DNA of 64,000 bases from Moniliella sp. 'wahieum' (Eukaryota): positions 1 to 64,000 of the forward strand of contig RSEE01000168.1 in assembly GCA_003971905.1 (NCBI GenBank), written 5' to 3'. How positions within the stretch are numbered: position 1 is the stretch's first letter; the number at the start of each line of letters is the position of its first letter. Of this stretch, positions 62,944-64,000 are shown piece after piece. Made by a program: the position numbers and the translations under genes. The notes under the pieces were generated by a model. The model saw only the letters and a list, made by a program, of their open reading frames with translations, ran no database searches and had not been told where the DNA came from.

Positions 62944-63850
62944 GCTTGGAGCTGGTGGGGGGGATTGACGCTGGAGGTGCAGATGGTACGGTAAGCTGGA
63001 ACCAGAATGACAGCTGACTCCCAGTTTTATAGCATCTCTTCCCCCTCCCCTCCCCCTCCTCCCCTCCTCCCCTCCCTCCGCTTCCCTCCTACAGCGTCGC
63101 GCGCAAGAGCCCTGTTCTGGGGTATCAGAGCGTGGGAGGGGTCATCGGACCGAGCCGACCACCGGAACCGACCACCGGAGCGGAGCGACGTCGAGTGTGT
63201 CATTGTTGTTGAGGAATGCGCGATAACATGGGATTGGCACTTGACGCCTTGACACGGAGGCTGCCCAACATCCTCTCCGCACGCCAATCTCTGACGACGT
63301 GCTTGGTTGTCGATGCGACGGGGTGGTGTAAGGAATAAGCCCAGTAACGAGAGCGGTTCCCGTGGGGCAAACGTCAAACGAGCACTTGGGGGACGCACGC
63401 CATGCGCATCATGCAATCCGTGGGGCTGCGGCACAAGATGGAATCCACAACGGCCTGCGTTTTGTCCATGTCTATCTCTCTTGGGATGATTGGTCGATGG
63501 TCGATAGTCGATTATCTCATCCGTCGACCAATCAAGCACGCGAATCACGTACCCGTCTCCGGCGTCTGATGATGCGATTGGAAATGCTGATTAAGCTGAT
63601 TGATGAAGCGTGGCACGTGCGCCCATTGAAACTTTGGGCAGGCGTCCCACCAACCCTAGCAACAGGGCGCAAGGAATGCGCCACACTCCCCCCCGCCACA
63701 CAGGGCCACAGCACGCCACGCGAGATAGGCTAACCCTAGCTGGCAGCGGCGATCGCATGCTCTGGCCCGCAGGCCGCCTGCCGCTCGGCCCATCCATCCG
63801 CTCGCGGCGGCTGCGTTCCCCGTTCTACCCGACCATCCTCCACTGCTGCC

Positions 63851-64000
63851 ATGAGCCGTCTGTACGTCAAGGTCGATCCAGGCCACCAGCGCTCCAAGCA
63901 GTCTCCACCCGCACACCTCGCTCGTGCAGATTGACGGGGTGGCGAGCCAGGCCGACGCGCAGTTTTACCTCGGCAAGCGCATCGCACGTCTACAAGGGCA
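63851..64000 (+). CDS. RPL33: 60S ribosomal protein L33 (eL33/L35Ae), truncated by the window end
   Basis: MSRLYVK..GHQRSK..PHTSLVQIDGVASQADAQFYLGKRIA..VYKG, read across indels. Confidence 0.9.

Noticed and set aside
1..64000. tRNA, rRNA, spliceosomal snRNA, TPP riboswitch, CRISPR array
   Set aside because: No diagnostic motifs found by eye; a covariance-model scan would be needed to exclude them.

Overview
Gene-dense, GC-rich eukaryotic window from a fungus, most likely a basidiomycete of the Ustilaginomycotina type (inferred from protein families and short GTACGT/GTGAGT...CTRAC...YAG introns). Almost every gene is broken by 1-nt indels, most likely uncorrected long-read errors, so gene ends are approximate. 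Genes in order: OPT transporter, WD40-only Doa1-like protein, MFS sugar/polyol transporter, PSD2, p23/Sba1, degenerate Trm112-like gene, CRM1, GSH1, MAF1, Zim17, a 33-aa metallothionein missing from the ORF track, PP2A-B56, ARPC2, an orphan intron-containing gene, a PFK2/FBPase2-like protein, a SIM+RING STUbL-like ligase, a PHO87/91-like transporter, a GPI-type serine hydrolase, PEX14, an FAD-dependent oxidoreductase, a DszC-like monooxygenase and the 5' part of RPL33. The most unusual non-coding signal is a recurrent intergenic 7-bp-period pattern, TNA-[4-bp palindrome]-TNA, in which the palindrome can change within one array. No tRNA, rRNA, CRISPR array or transposase was recognised.
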